The position numbers and the translations under genes were made by a program. Shown one piece after another: positions 13,612 to 28,469 of a stretch of DNA of 64,000 nt. This stretch comes from the human T2T-CHM13v2.0 reference genome, Homo sapiens, in the NCBI RefSeq assembly GCF_009914755.1, contig NC_060925.1; one strand, given 5' to 3'. The notes below the pieces were generated by a model. The model saw only the letters and a program-made list of their open reading frames with translations. It ran no database searches and was not told the DNA's origin. Position 1 is the stretch's first letter. Each line of letters opens with the position of its first letter.

Positions 13612-14004
13612 ATTGGTGTGAATCAAATTCACCACATCTTCTTTTAGGAGTAGGTTTGGTTCCCTCCCTCTTTGCTACACACAACAAACTCAGGTGGGGC
13701 CTGGTTTTCATTTTCTTCCATAAAGGGAAAATTAAGGTCCAGAAAGTGAAAAGAACTGCCCAGAGTCCTATAGGCCAGTGGTGCACCTGCGCACGTGGCC
13801 TGCACTCCAGCAGCAGGAGAGGCGGCAGCACATGGGGCGTTCGTTCTTGCCTGGGGGCTCCCCAGGGCTCACTCCCCAATCTCAGCATCCTCCTCCTCCC
13901 GTCAGCTCAGGGTCCTGCCAGCCATTCCCTGCCTCCTGGGACAGGCTTTCCAGTCCCTAGTTCTACCCCCTGGGGATCAACTAATCAGTGTGTTTCTCCT
14001 CCAA
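13612..14004 (+). repeat. ~400 bp local direct duplication, copy 2 (upstream of A3GALT2)
   Basis: Near-identical to 11048-11446. Confidence 0.95.
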
Positions 14005-14151
14005 GACAGTTCCATTTTAATAGGCTTTCCAAAGAGGAGTTATTAAGATGTGAGTGTTGGTTCTTGAAAGTTACTTTCAAGTAAGTAATTGTCCTTTAGA
14101 GACTGTGATTCAGTAGGTTGTGGCCTGACCCTCAAACCACCCCCACCCCTG

Positions 14152-14435
14152 CTTTTTTTTTAAAAAAAAATAGGGTTTTTGTCTGTCACCTGGGTTGGGG
14201 GTGCAGTGGTGCAATCATAGCTCACTGCAGCCTTGAACTCTTGGGCTCAAGTGATCGACCTCAGCCTCCAGAATAGCTGGGATTACAGGTATGCACCACC
14301 TTGCCATTTTTTGGTATTTTTTTGTAGATATGGGGTCTCTCTATGTTGCCCAGGTTGGTCTCAAACTCCTGGCCTCAAGCAATCCTCCCACATCGGCCTC
14401 CCCAAAGTGCTGGGTTTACAGATGTGAGCAGCCAT
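14152..14435 (-). mobile_element. AluJ
   Basis: Diverged reverse Alu dimer with J-type sequence. Confidence 0.8.
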
Positions 14436-15229
14436 AACCTAAATTTTTAACAGGTAGAAATGGTCCCTTAGGGAAAAACCTGATGAAGGGGGAGGAGCAG
14501 TAAGGCCAAGCTGCCTCTTTTTCCCCTCCCCCCATAGATGTGGGGTAGATTTCACTCCACGCAAGAGGGCACATGGTTATTCTGTGCTTCACCCCAGTCT
14601 CATTTCTAGCACAGTGCCTGGTTCAGAGGCATGTGGTCAACACAGGTCACGGTTAGCAGCACACACGTCTAATCCAGCCAGCTCACCTGCCTCTCATTTG
14701 CACTTCCACGTTCATGCTTGTGCCTTTGCACTTATGCCTCGGTCTGGAATGCCCTTTCTCCTTCTTTATTCAAGGCTTAGATGCCTCATCTCTGCCCTAA
14801 TCATTTTCTATTTGAGCATGCAAAAGTGCTCAGTGAACCAAAGCCATCCCAAGGCTATTCTGGATGCTGTGCAGCTCTATCGAGAGGTGTGTGCTGGAAG
14901 ATGGGAGAGTCTGGGTTCTGCCCCAGGTGTCCAGAGGCTGCTAGCCCAACAGTCATCATCTCCCAAGTGGGAATGGCGGGTAGGGGGGCGCAGAGCAGAA
15001 AGGGCTTCTGGACCCTCTCACTCCAAGGGACACCGTGTGAAGAAAGCTGGTATCTACCGTGTGAACTGCAGCTGAGGGCACCCTCAAATGACCCAGCTCC
15101 AGAAAAGTGTGGAGGATATGCCATCCACTTAAGGTCCCTTCCCCAGCCCAGGGACCCACCTGTCTGTATGGGTGAAAAGTAGCCATTTGGGCCCAGAGAC
15201 AGGCATTCCTAGGGGAGAAAGGCACCAAA

Positions 15230-16472
15230 GAGACAGATTTTACAGATTTATTTTTAAAAAACAAAACAAAGGTTAAAAAAGTCCTTCATTTCCAACCCTG
15301 CCTGGGGGTGTGGGTGGGGAATAGAATAAGCTCAGAAAGGTGCCTACCTCCTTCCTGCAAAGGACACGGCAGGTCAGAGGCAGGCCCTCGCCCTTTCTGC
15401 CCTGCCTCCTCCTCAGGTAGCTCAAATTGCTGCTAGGAAGATTTATAGGCAAAGAAGTGTGGGAGTGGGAGGCCAAGAGCTGCCTTCTTCACATCAACAG
15501 AAACTCCAGCTGTTCTTTCCCCTTAGCAGTTCTCTGAGCCTCACCACTGGGACTCCCAGGGTGGGCGGGCAGGCAGGCCAGGAGGCTCAGCCCTTTGGGC
15601 TATGTTGCTCAGACCACCGCAGCTTTCTTAATGCTCTTTGTGAACCAGGAGGGCGGTCAGGGGAACTTCACAGTGCGGGGAGGGGTGTCTGGAAAGGAAA
15701 CTCTGAAGCGCCGTCTCTTTCTGACCTTGCCTCTGCGCTGAGGCTGCCATTCTTGGCTATTCCCCATCCTGAGGCTGAGTGGAGTCCAGGACAAAGCACT
15801 AAGTGGCTGTTTGCTACAAAACACCTGGAGATGCCAGAGAGTAGCCCTTGGCCTATCTGTCAGTCCAGGCTCCCACACAGTCACACAGTCATACACACAG
15901 CGTTAAGGCGTCTGTGCCAGCAGGCACGGCCCGGCTGGGCCCAGCTTCTCTCTCTCCACCTGCAGAGGGTGTAGGGGGGAGAACCCTGGCTGCTGCAGAA
16001 ACAGGCTGAAGGGGGAGAAGCTGACAACGGAAGAGTTAACCAGGCCTGGAGAAAGAAGTGGGAGGAAGGAAGGCAAGGGCTTTCTAGGCCTCCATCCAGG
16101 CCTGCTGGCTGCCCTTGAAGTAACCCAACTCAGGTTGGGGAGCCCTGACCATATACCCCCTGGAAAATGGGGGACAGAAAGAGGGGAAGAGAGCGGGGCT
16201 AGAGTATTGGGACTTTGGAGGAAGCCAGTGCTATCAATATTTACAAGCATAAAGCCCCATCTTCTGTGCCACCTACCTCTCTGCCCCTCCCACAGAAATG
16301 AAAGGCCCCTGAGAGCCATGGAGGAGGTGCCCAGACCTCCTCACCAGCTATGCCCCTAGGGAGAGCCCCTGCCCTCCAACCGGCCCCATTTCTGGGCCCC
16401 TCAGGAATGTCTGTCTGGCTCTGCTCAGTCGGGAGGAGGCGCCCTGGGCCAGAATCCTGGCTGCCACCAGCC
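15230..16472 (-). other. PHC2: PHC2 3'UTR (~1.24 kb; 3' end approximate)
   Basis: Repeat-free segment between the stop codon and the AATAAA. Confidence 0.75.
15247..15252 (-). terminator. PHC2: PHC2 polyadenylation signal AATAAA
   Basis: TTTATT on the + strand, preceded in the transcript by U-rich sequence. Confidence 0.8.
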
Positions 16473-16627
16473 CTAGGAGTCCTTGAGCATGCTGATGCGG
16501 GCGTAGATCTTCAGGGCGGGCCCCAGCTTGATGTTCATGGCGCTCATCAGGTGGTCCTCCTTGAGCAGCAGCAGGGCTTGCCCGTCGATTTCCTGGGCAC
16601 GGAATTCCTCTGCTATCTCCTGGCAGC
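16473..16627 (-). CDS. PHC2: PHC2 terminal coding exon, SAM domain C-terminal part (CQEIAEEFRAQEIDGQALLLLKEDHLMSAMNIKLGPALKIYARISMLKDS*)
   Basis: Polyhomeotic SAM signature EIDGQALLLL...KLGPALKI; ctcAG acceptor; TAG stop at 16473-16475. Confidence 0.97.
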
Positions 16628-16819
16628 CTGAGGGGGTACCACCAAAGACAGTGTCAATCCAAGCCGCCAGTGTTCACCTCTGGCAGCCACTGCATCTAGT
16701 TATCTAGATCTAGTTATCTGCATCCATTATTTCTTTTAGTCCTCATAACCACGCCTTGAGGAAGGCGCTGCTGTTCTTATTTTGCAGCTTGAGAGAGGCT
16801 GTGCAACTCACCCACAGCA

Positions 16820-19590
<2,771 letters not shown>

Positions 19591-19986
19591 GTTAAGTGAC
19601 AGAGCCAGAATTTGAACCCAGTTCTGTGTGACTCAGAAGTCTGTGCTCTTAACCACACTGCAGTCTCTTGAGAAAGAGGCTTGTGGTTGCCATGAATACC
19701 TGACCTGGTCGGTGTATGAGTGAGACTGGCAGAAAAACAGTAATGCATCCAGGCCCCACTGAAGGCATCTGTGAATGATGTAAGGCTTGCCTCTTACAGC
19801 TGGCTCCTAGATCCCGGGCCTCACCACCACTTGTGCTCCACCACGCAGGGCTCTGTGCCATGTCTGGCCATACCACAGACTTCCCTATCTTCATGCCTCT
19901 GCATGTGCGCCCTCTTGCAGTCTCTCCATCCAGCAAAGGCATACTTGTCTGTCTACTGTCATTTAGTTTACATTTTCTTAATTAAA

Positions 19987-20123
19987 TTTTTTTTTTTTTT
20001 TTTTTGGTAGAGACAGGTCTCACCATGTTGCCCAGGCTGTTCTCAAACTCCTGACCTCACGCAATCCTTCCACCTCAGCCTCCCAAAGTGCTGGGACTAT
20101 AGGTGTGAGCCACCACACCTGGC
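19987..20123 (-). mobile_element. Alu monomer (FLAM/left-arm-like)
   Basis: Poly(T) plus a single Alu arm; TSD ATTTTCTTAATT. Confidence 0.8.
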
Positions 20124-20474
20124 TATTTTCTTAATTTTGATGTTCCTGACACATATCCTACACTCTGACTCCCCTCCTAATCTCTCCCAGGAGAGAGAGA
20201 CAGTTAATTACATTATCATCTCTGTATTTCACACAGATCACTTCCCATGCCAGAAAATATACAGAATTACAGCTATGGAATATTTATAGTTTGCATTCTA
20301 TGCTGAATATAAGCAAGCTCTTATAGGCAGGGAGCTCATCTCACTCATTTCTGCACCCCAGTTCCTGAACCTGAGTCATTAACTAAACTACCTAATCCTC
20401 CTGGTGGTGGGAGGGTCTCTCATTTTCTCTTTCCTTGCTATTCCGGGGAGACATGGAATTTCCAAGGGCCTTAC

Positions 20475-20751
20475 CTGGCAGAGAGCGGATGAATTCGTAG
20501 ACGTCTTCTACATTCCACTTGGTGGGCTCACTTGGCAGGAAGTGGTGTCCCATGCCCACCAGGTCCCGCATATGCATGTCGGGGAGCTCCAGGTCCCGCT
20601 GGCCTTGTCGCCGGCGGGAAGTAGATGAGCTGGCTGAGATGGGTGACAAGGGTTCCTCATAGCTTGAGTTATCTGAGCAACGGCTGGAGTCTTCCTGGCT
20701 GTGTGTTAGCTGCAAAGCAGCAGTAACCGAAAGGGGCACAGTGCCTGTTGG
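20475..20751 (-). CDS. PHC2: PHC2 exon (277 nt; PTGTVPLS...PSEPTKWNVEDVYEFIRSLP; linker and SAM start)
   Basis: cccAG/GTAAG boundaries; SAM N-terminal motif WNVEDVYEFI; phase 0-1. Confidence 0.96.
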
Positions 20752-21675
20752 CTGGGAGCAGAGAGTTTTCTTCAGGATGGGGGAACAAACCATCTCTAGC
20801 AGCAGTGATGAACAAAGGAGGTATTTCTCCTTTTTCTACTTGGCCTACTACTACACGTCTGAGTTCCCAGATCTAACAGCATCTTCCATGCTGTCCTGTC
20901 TCCTACCCTAGGCAGAGTTAGTCCCTCTTAGTATTGTAGTGTCTACCACACAATACTGCAATTATCTTTTTCTAAACATGAGTTTTAAAGCAGGGCTCTG
21001 AGTTCTAGGAGGTGATCACAGAGCCACTTGAAATAGCATGTAACATTTCTTCTGTACGTACACAGCTTTGGACCATTCTTAAGGAGGTTTAAGACAAAAA
21101 AAAAATAAGGCAAAATTATACATAAGGTTATAAAACATCACACCATGCTGTGGAGTTCCTTTAAGGCGAGACTGTGTCCTTAGAGCCTAGTGCCTAACAG
21201 AGTTTCTGGCATACAGCTGGTGCTAAAAAATATTTAATGACTGAATACCCATGTTCCTGGTAGAGACCTTCAAGAACTCTGTGCTCGCGTGTTCAGGGAG
21301 GCAAAAAGGTGGCAAAACAAAGGGTGGAGGCTGCCTTCTCACCCAGCCCTCCACGTAAGGCAGGAGGTTACCTGAGCAGCCCAGGGGAGACCCCATTTCC
21401 GTGGCCCCAGAAGCCAAGGATGGAGGCAAACTGGAAGGTGGGGTGATGTTGAGGCAAGGCCACGGAAGGGGGCAGGGAACCTTGTAAGCACCCATGGGTC
21501 TAAATGAAGGGACCTACTGGGGTGCAGAAGGCTCGACTGGACAGGTCTACAAGGAATGAGAGCACAGCAGAGTGCACTGAAGTCGGCAGCTGGTGGGGAC
21601 CGTGGTGTCGAGGGCCATGGAAGGGAAGCTGTGGGGACTGTGGGGATGGAGCTTCAGGCTCTGCCCGCCTCTTAC

Positions 21676-21817
21676 CTGCTTCTTGGTATCCTTGGTAAGT
21701 GGTGGCAGACTGGCTTTGCTGGCCCGACGGCGGTTGTGGGTCGCAGCTCCTGCCTTCTGCAGCTTGCTCCGGTCTGAGTGGAAAAGTCCCACCCGTTTGG
21801 TGCATCCCACGTTGTAC
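21676..21817 (-). CDS. PHC2: PHC2 exon (142 nt; YNVGCTKRVGLFHSDRSKLQ...TKDTKKQ)
   Basis: AG/GTAAG boundaries; continues the FCS finger (RYNVGC); phase 2-0. Confidence 0.95.
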
Positions 21818-22951
21818 CTTCAGGGACAGGGGAACAGGGGATGTCACAGTAGTCATTGTGCTTATGGGCCGTAGGCAGAATGAGCACAGCCAAGCTGTCT
21901 GACAAATTTTGAGTCCATCTATTGGTTCAGATCCTAACTCCATCACTAACTACTAGCTGTGTGACTTTGGGTTTAAGTCACTTAAGCCCTGATCCTCCGT
22001 TTCCTTATCTGGAGTTGGGGGTAATACCACTCACTTTCTAGGTCTGGTCTTACAACATGAGATAATGTCTGTAAAATGTTTGAGACACCTGGACTTGGAC
22101 CAGGGCGAAAGCTCACACCTGACTTATTCCACTATAAATGTTACCCTGTGACGGGAAACTACTGTCCACTGTCCTGCTGGGGAGTGGCCTGGCTGCTCCA
22201 ACAGCCTGAGGGGAATGAGGGCTGAAGATAGCTGAACTCTAGCTTGGCATGCAGAACACCTCTGTCTGGGACCTAGAGATTTCTTCTCTTCTGGGATTTC
22301 AGGGCTTCAAGGTCAGCTGTTGCTTCCATTGTGGTACAAAGACCACACATGGCTTTAGAATTGGACAAGCCTAAATCCCCAGGCCCATGGCTTATTAGCT
22401 ATGTTATCTGAGGCACTACTACTCCTTTGTACTTTGGCTTCCTAACCTGTATAAAGGGGACAATAGTAATACCTGTCTTGGGAGTTATTTTGAAGATGAG
22501 ATAATCGTATCAATTGACTGGCACAGTGACTAGCACACAGCAGGTTCTCAGGAAATGGCAGTGGTTTTTATGATGACCATTAGTGATCTATGCTGGGCGA
22601 GAGCTCACCAAGGGAACACTATAGCTGTGGTTCTGGGTAAGGCTTACCCTAACAAGGCAGGGGCTGTCAATGCTAGGAAAGGCGAATGGGTGCCAGTGGA
22701 GCCCAGGAGGGCCAGCCGAGCCAAAGCACTGCGGCTTTTCCTTGGACTCCCGCTGCTCTCTCCCACCTGCTCTTAGGGGTTCTGGCTTCTCGTGCTTGTT
22801 GAATTAGGGATGCCATCCTGCTTCCAGGTGGGTCGAGGACTAGGAAACTGGAGAAGCCACCCCTATGGACCTCCTGGGGTAGACTATTAATGGCAGGAGG
22901 TGGGACATAAAGTGCAGTCCTGGGGAAATGGAGGGGGCTGGGGCCACTCAC

Positions 22952-23066
22952 CTCTTTGCACAAGCCATGGAACAGAAGCGCTTGGAACGCTTGAACTTAT
23001 AGGCAAAGTCCACCCGGCCACAGAGCTCACACTTGAGTTTGAGGGGAGCACCCTCCTCTTTGGATT
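22952..23066 (-). CDS. PHC2: PHC2 exon (115 nt; FCS zinc finger SKEEGAPLKLKCELCGRVDFAYKFKRSKRFCSMACAK)
   Basis: CxxC...FCSxxC motif; ttcAG/GTGAGT boundaries; phase 1-2. Confidence 0.97.
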
Positions 23067-23878
23067 CTGAAAAGTATAGAAATGGGTAGGGTGGAGAATG
23101 AGAAATTCCTGCAGGACTGTGGCCAGCCCCACCACGGGGCCTCCCTACTCCATCCTGCCTGGTCCTCCTGCTCCCACAGCTGTGACATACAGCAGCATTC
23201 TAGCATGGAAAATGCCAGTGGTTCTCACCCCTGGAATGCACTCAAGGGTGTCTGGGGATGCCCCTTGTAGACTTGACATTTTTTTCTTCCACGTGGTCTG
23301 AGTCTGAGGCAAAACACAGGTGGGGAAGAATCAGCATCAAATGACTGTGGAAGAAAGCAGGAGCCCCCAGGAAATACTCTGGATGCTGTCACAGCTGCTC
23401 CGCTGGCATCATCACACCTTGATCTATGCAGCTGGCTGCTGACCCAGTAAAAGACCTCAGGAGCCCACGCTCCTGCAGCTGTGCAGCTCTGTCAGTGCTT
23501 CATGTGGAAAGAGCAGCCTTGCCTGGTCTCTGCTGTGACCTAGAGCTGGCCCCAGTCTCAAGGCAGGGACGAAGGGCAGGACTTGCCTGGGGCCACTCCT
23601 ACAGTCATGCCTAAAACTTGCCAATGATTCCCACAGGAAAAGCCATTCTTGGGATCCTGTGGTTGGCTGGAGGGGGATTGGGGGAGCAGAGGACACATGG
23701 TTCCCGTGATTTCCCCTATCCCTCTTTTTGAGGGAAGGAGGCTGAGGAGGTGCTGGGGGAAATGTTTACAGACTCGCTGGCTCAGGGTTCCTCTGGGGAA
23801 ACAGAGAGAGGAAGTGTGTGAGGCCTGCCTTTCCAGCCACGCTGGGAGGCCGAGAGATTCAGGGTCTGAGATGCCCAC

Positions 23879-24008
23879 CTTGCAGATAGGGCTCCTCCAT
23901 CTCCGAGTCAGTGGTGGTGGTGTGATCCTGCTGTGGAAGTTTCTCAGGCAGGAACCCCTGTGCATACTTCTTCTTGAGATTCCCCACCAGCAGGGACGAG
24001 CGTCCCAC
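23879..24008 (-). CDS. PHC2: PHC2 exon (130 nt; VGRSSLLVGNLKKKYAQGFLPEKLPQQDHTTTTDSEMEEPYLQ)
   Basis: ctAG/GTGGG boundaries; phase 0-1 fits both neighbours. Confidence 0.94.
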
Positions 24009-24096
24009 CTAGAGGACAGGTAACACGGAGGCCGTGAGGGTCAGGTGGGAGCGGCTTCCTTGCTATCCATCCTCATCACAATTACACGTATAAAGT
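23997..24096 (-). ncRNA. MIR3605: miR-3605 precursor (5p 24053-24075, 3p 24009-24031)
   Basis: UGAGGAUGGAUAGCAAGGAAGCC pairs with CCUCCGUGUUACCUGUCCUCUAG; matches recalled hsa-mir-3605; the 3p arm ends exactly at the intron AG. Confidence 0.85.
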
Positions 24097-25693
24097 ATCC
24101 AGGCACAGAGGCCAGCCCTCCTCAAACCTTCCCCCATGTCATCATCCAAGTGTGCTGGGCTCAAGGCCCTATTTTGCTGGTTGGCTCACGAGGTAAGATG
24201 CTAATGGGCAAAGTACAGGGATGGCTTCTGTCCAGGACCAACGGATGGCTCAGGAGATTAGGAAAATGTCTATTCCAGTAAGAGTCTAAGGGCTGAGATC
24301 AGGTTTCCCACAGTGCCAGATCAAGCACCAAGACCCAGTACCCACGCATCTCCAGGCAAGGACAGAGCGGAGTCTGTGTGAGGCTGTACATACGAGAGAG
24401 AGACTCAGCACCCATTTTCTGATTTTTTTACTGTTCTCCACCTTACCCCAATGCCTGACCCAAGCCAGAGGTACAGGCCGCCACAGAGTATAGCAGGAAA
24501 AAACAGACCCTGGGCCACAGAGCCAATGAACTCTCAGTTGTCAGAACCCCAGAGCAGCTTATTTACGCGTTTAGATCTCCTTTTGTGGCCTGTGTTTAGG
24601 CAGCCTGGTAGCCAGTCACGTGGCACCGACTCTAGGGCAATGCTGGGGGTGCTATGCAATCTGCCTCCACCCCATGAGATCAGGTGGTTTCTAGTGTTAC
24701 TCTAGGAGGCCCAGTCTAACAGGGAAGGGATGTAACAGAGCGAGAGCCACTTCTAGCTAAGGTGTTCCAGGCAGATTTCTTTGCCACTGGCCTTGGACAA
24801 CCTCCAGTGGGAAAGAAGACAAGAAGCTATGTGTCTTTTGGCATTTTACAGGAGCAGTTCACCCATCTCAGTTAATCAAGCTCCGCGTCTTCTGCAGACT
24901 AATCAAACCACTCATGGAACCAAAGAATGAGGAAAAGGCAGATGGTATCCCAGAAAGGTGTCTTCTCCAACAGCCAGATACTTTTCATCAGAACAGAGGC
25001 TGGTGTGCCGCTGGCTCTGGGCTCCTCCACACCCACAGGGCAGCACCACTGTCTCCAGTGCACACTGCACAGAAGCAGCTCTGGGTGCTTTGGTCAATAA
25101 CCCATCTTCGTGGCTCGTGGATATTTCTTGTTAGTCTTAGGCTTCCATCGTGACCTTTCTGAGTGCCCCTCAATCTCATTAACTCCCCTTTCAAGGCTCT
25201 GTCCCCAGAAAACAAGCTTCAGGTTGTGACCCTGTTTCCTCACATTCATTTCTGATACACGTATCTGGAGAATTCTGTTCTGTGCAATTCCTTTTGTTCC
25301 TAACTGGCCGAAGTTTTGCCATTCAGAGGTTTTGGCATTCAAAACTCAATGAAATCTAATTTCCCAAAACCCATCATCTCTCACCAAATATCCCACAGTG
25401 AACTCCCTTTTAACCAAGGGTTCACACATCAACAGGCAGGGACACACCTGAGTTTGTGTGGGAAACTTCTAACCAAGGGTCTTGTCAATTATTCCTGATC
25501 ACTGACCCCCCTCTTCTGGACCTTGGAAAGATAATCCTAGAAAGAAATGGCTCTATATTCTTTGGGGGAGGAAGTTAGCAAGGAAAGAGCAAATTGTTCA
25601 CATTTTCAGAAATTTTACATGGAAATGTAAAAATATTCTAAGACACATCCAAAATATACTTAAAAAAAAAAGGGGAAAAGAAGTAGTCCGTAC

Positions 25694-25896
25694 CGGGAAA
25701 GGCTCCGCCCCCTCCTGGATCACAAACCCTTCGATAACATGCGTCAGGATTTGGGGTTTCACAATGGCCTGTGGTGGTTTATTCTCACCATTCTGGGGGG
25801 CAGTGCCGGCGATGCTGGAGGCAGAGTTTCCGTTCCCTGAGGTCATGCCGGGGCTGCTGAGGTCGGTCAGTGCATGAACAATGCCCTGCCCTGTCT
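25694..25896 (-). CDS. PHC2: PHC2 exon (203 nt; TGQGIVH...MTSGNGNS...KPPQAIVKPQILTHVIEGFVIQEGAEPFP, HD1); contains the short-isoform ATG at 25846
   Basis: Polyhomeotic HD1 motif; gcAG/GTACG boundaries; ATG 25846 to stop over six exons = 972 nt = 323 aa. Confidence 0.97.
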
Positions 25897-27223
25897 CTGC
25901 ACGAGAGAGAGTAGGAAAACAAAGCAGGGGAGATCAGAACCAGAGTCCACGCCCAGGGAGGGACAGCAAGGACTCAAACTGCGCCCGGCTTTTACCGTGG
26001 GGCCAAGCGACAATGCAAACCAAGCAGTCCCCTCCCCTCAGTGACCCATTTAAAAGTGGCACAGTTTCAATGGACACATCACCAAGTATGAGTATAGTCA
26101 GTTCCACAACAACGCATGCAGCTAATCAGCTAGCAGTGTTTCTTCATTTCCCAACCGTGCTATGAACAGTTAACCCGGATAAACAGACGGGAATTCTATC
26201 TTTGAGGAGTTAAGACCTTGGTCGATACTGATTTGAACAAATAAGGTTAATACTCAGTTTGAGGGAGAAAAGTATTCAAGGTGACATCTAAAACCAGGAC
26301 AAGAAGCTGAGCTAGGTATAGGGCTTTGAGTGTGATAAAGAGAAGCTTCTACGAGGTTCCTTAGAGGAGGGATTTTAAGAGCCCTGTGAAATGTCAAAAC
26401 ACTGAACCCCAGAAATTGATGCCAAGGGAATGTGGGTGCTGAACCCCAAGTAAAGGCTATCATGTATATTTGACTATTCAGAGACTGGTCATCTGGGGTC
26501 AGTGCATTGAAATATGCAGAAATTCCATTTCTCTGCTAAGAAGGCTGCTAGGCAGAGGCTGAGATTTTCTCTGCTGTTTCTGCTGAGCTGAGTGCTCTCA
26601 AAATCAGTCCTCATGCCCAGATGTCAGCTTCTTATCTAATCTGATCCTCACCAAATCATAGATCCTCTGTCTCTCTGTGGACAACCTTTCCTAATTCTCC
26701 TTCCCCATGGGCCTGCTAGCCTTCCTCTAAAAGACCTAACAGAGTGCTCCAGAAAGTGAGATTACATGCCTATACACAACCACACGACAGTGAACTTCCT
26801 CTCTTCCACTTCAAACAGCATCTCTCATGAGCTGTCTCATTGTCTTAGACGTGCAAGACTTCATCTCCTCACTTCTGTAACTCTCTCCCGCCCCCTTCCC
26901 AGGGCTGTTCTCTACCACCATCAACTGCCCCGTGAGCTGAGGCTGCCTTTAACCTGGAACTTCCTAAAAAAGAAAAGAAAAAGCCATTTCTTTATTGCAA
27001 CAAGTCCATTAATATAAAGCATACCCCAGTGAGGTATGAGTGATATATACTTTAAAAGTGATTTCAGCACACTTGTTAAGTAATCTTTGCATAAAACTTT
27101 ATATGAAGATGCTCATATTTCATGTTAAAGATCCATAATACCACCACAGAATAGGAATTCTTTGTGCTTAATTATATAGTATGGAAAAGTCAAAACAGAC
27201 ACGTTTGAGAAAAGGTGGTTTAG

Positions 27224-27533
<310 letters not shown>

Positions 27534-27578
27534 TTATGACTAGTTCATAATGGGTCTTGGTCCACTCAAGCTCATGTT

Positions 27579-27929
<351 letters not shown>

Positions 27930-28232
27930 TAAACCAGGATAAACCTTTAATGAACAAGAGTTGACTATGACTCATGTCTTTAGTACTCAGTCCTCCATAA
28001 TTCAGCTACATAATAAACTTCTGAGCTGAGCAGGGGCCATCTAAGAGAAAGGACCAATGAAGTTTTTTTTTGTTTGTTTGAGACACAGTTATACCAGTAA
28101 GTTAGAAAGTTTCCATTAAGTGCCTATATTCACTTGAAAAAAAATTTTTAAACAGCTTTGGCTTTTCTGTAGAGATGGAAACATTTCCTTTCTTTTAGAA
28201 TTAGTCTTTCCAATTGCAAAGGTGTCTGAGAA

Positions 28233-28469
28233 CTTGAGAGCTTGTCTGGAGGTTCTAGCAGGGGAGGGCAGCTACTCGTATGCCCTTGACTGAGGGACGG
28301 CCCTCCTCTACGGGATGGTCGTCCTCTTTGACCCAGCTGCTGGTTCAGGAGGGACGCACATGGAGCAGTGAAGGAGGAAGGGGACACCTGCGTAGCCAGC
28401 CAGATCAGCGGAATCAACTCTGCCGATCAATGGGGTGACAGGTGTTGCAGCCAGATGGCCCTCACATCC
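28233..28469 (-). pseudogene. 7SK snRNA retropseudogene (RN7SKP family), 5' ~240 nt, 3'-truncated
   Basis: Minus strand begins GGATGTGAGGGCCATCTGGCTGCAACACCTGTCACCCCATTGATCGGCAG, the 7SK 5' end with substitutions, and ends ...CAAGCTCTCAAG. Confidence 0.92.

Noticed and set aside
11048-14004. Direct repeats read as LTRs of an unknown retroelement (near TG...CA ends)
   Set aside because: No matching TSD, primer-binding site or polypurine tract; the unit contains a MIR remnant and the interior holds a conserved host exon
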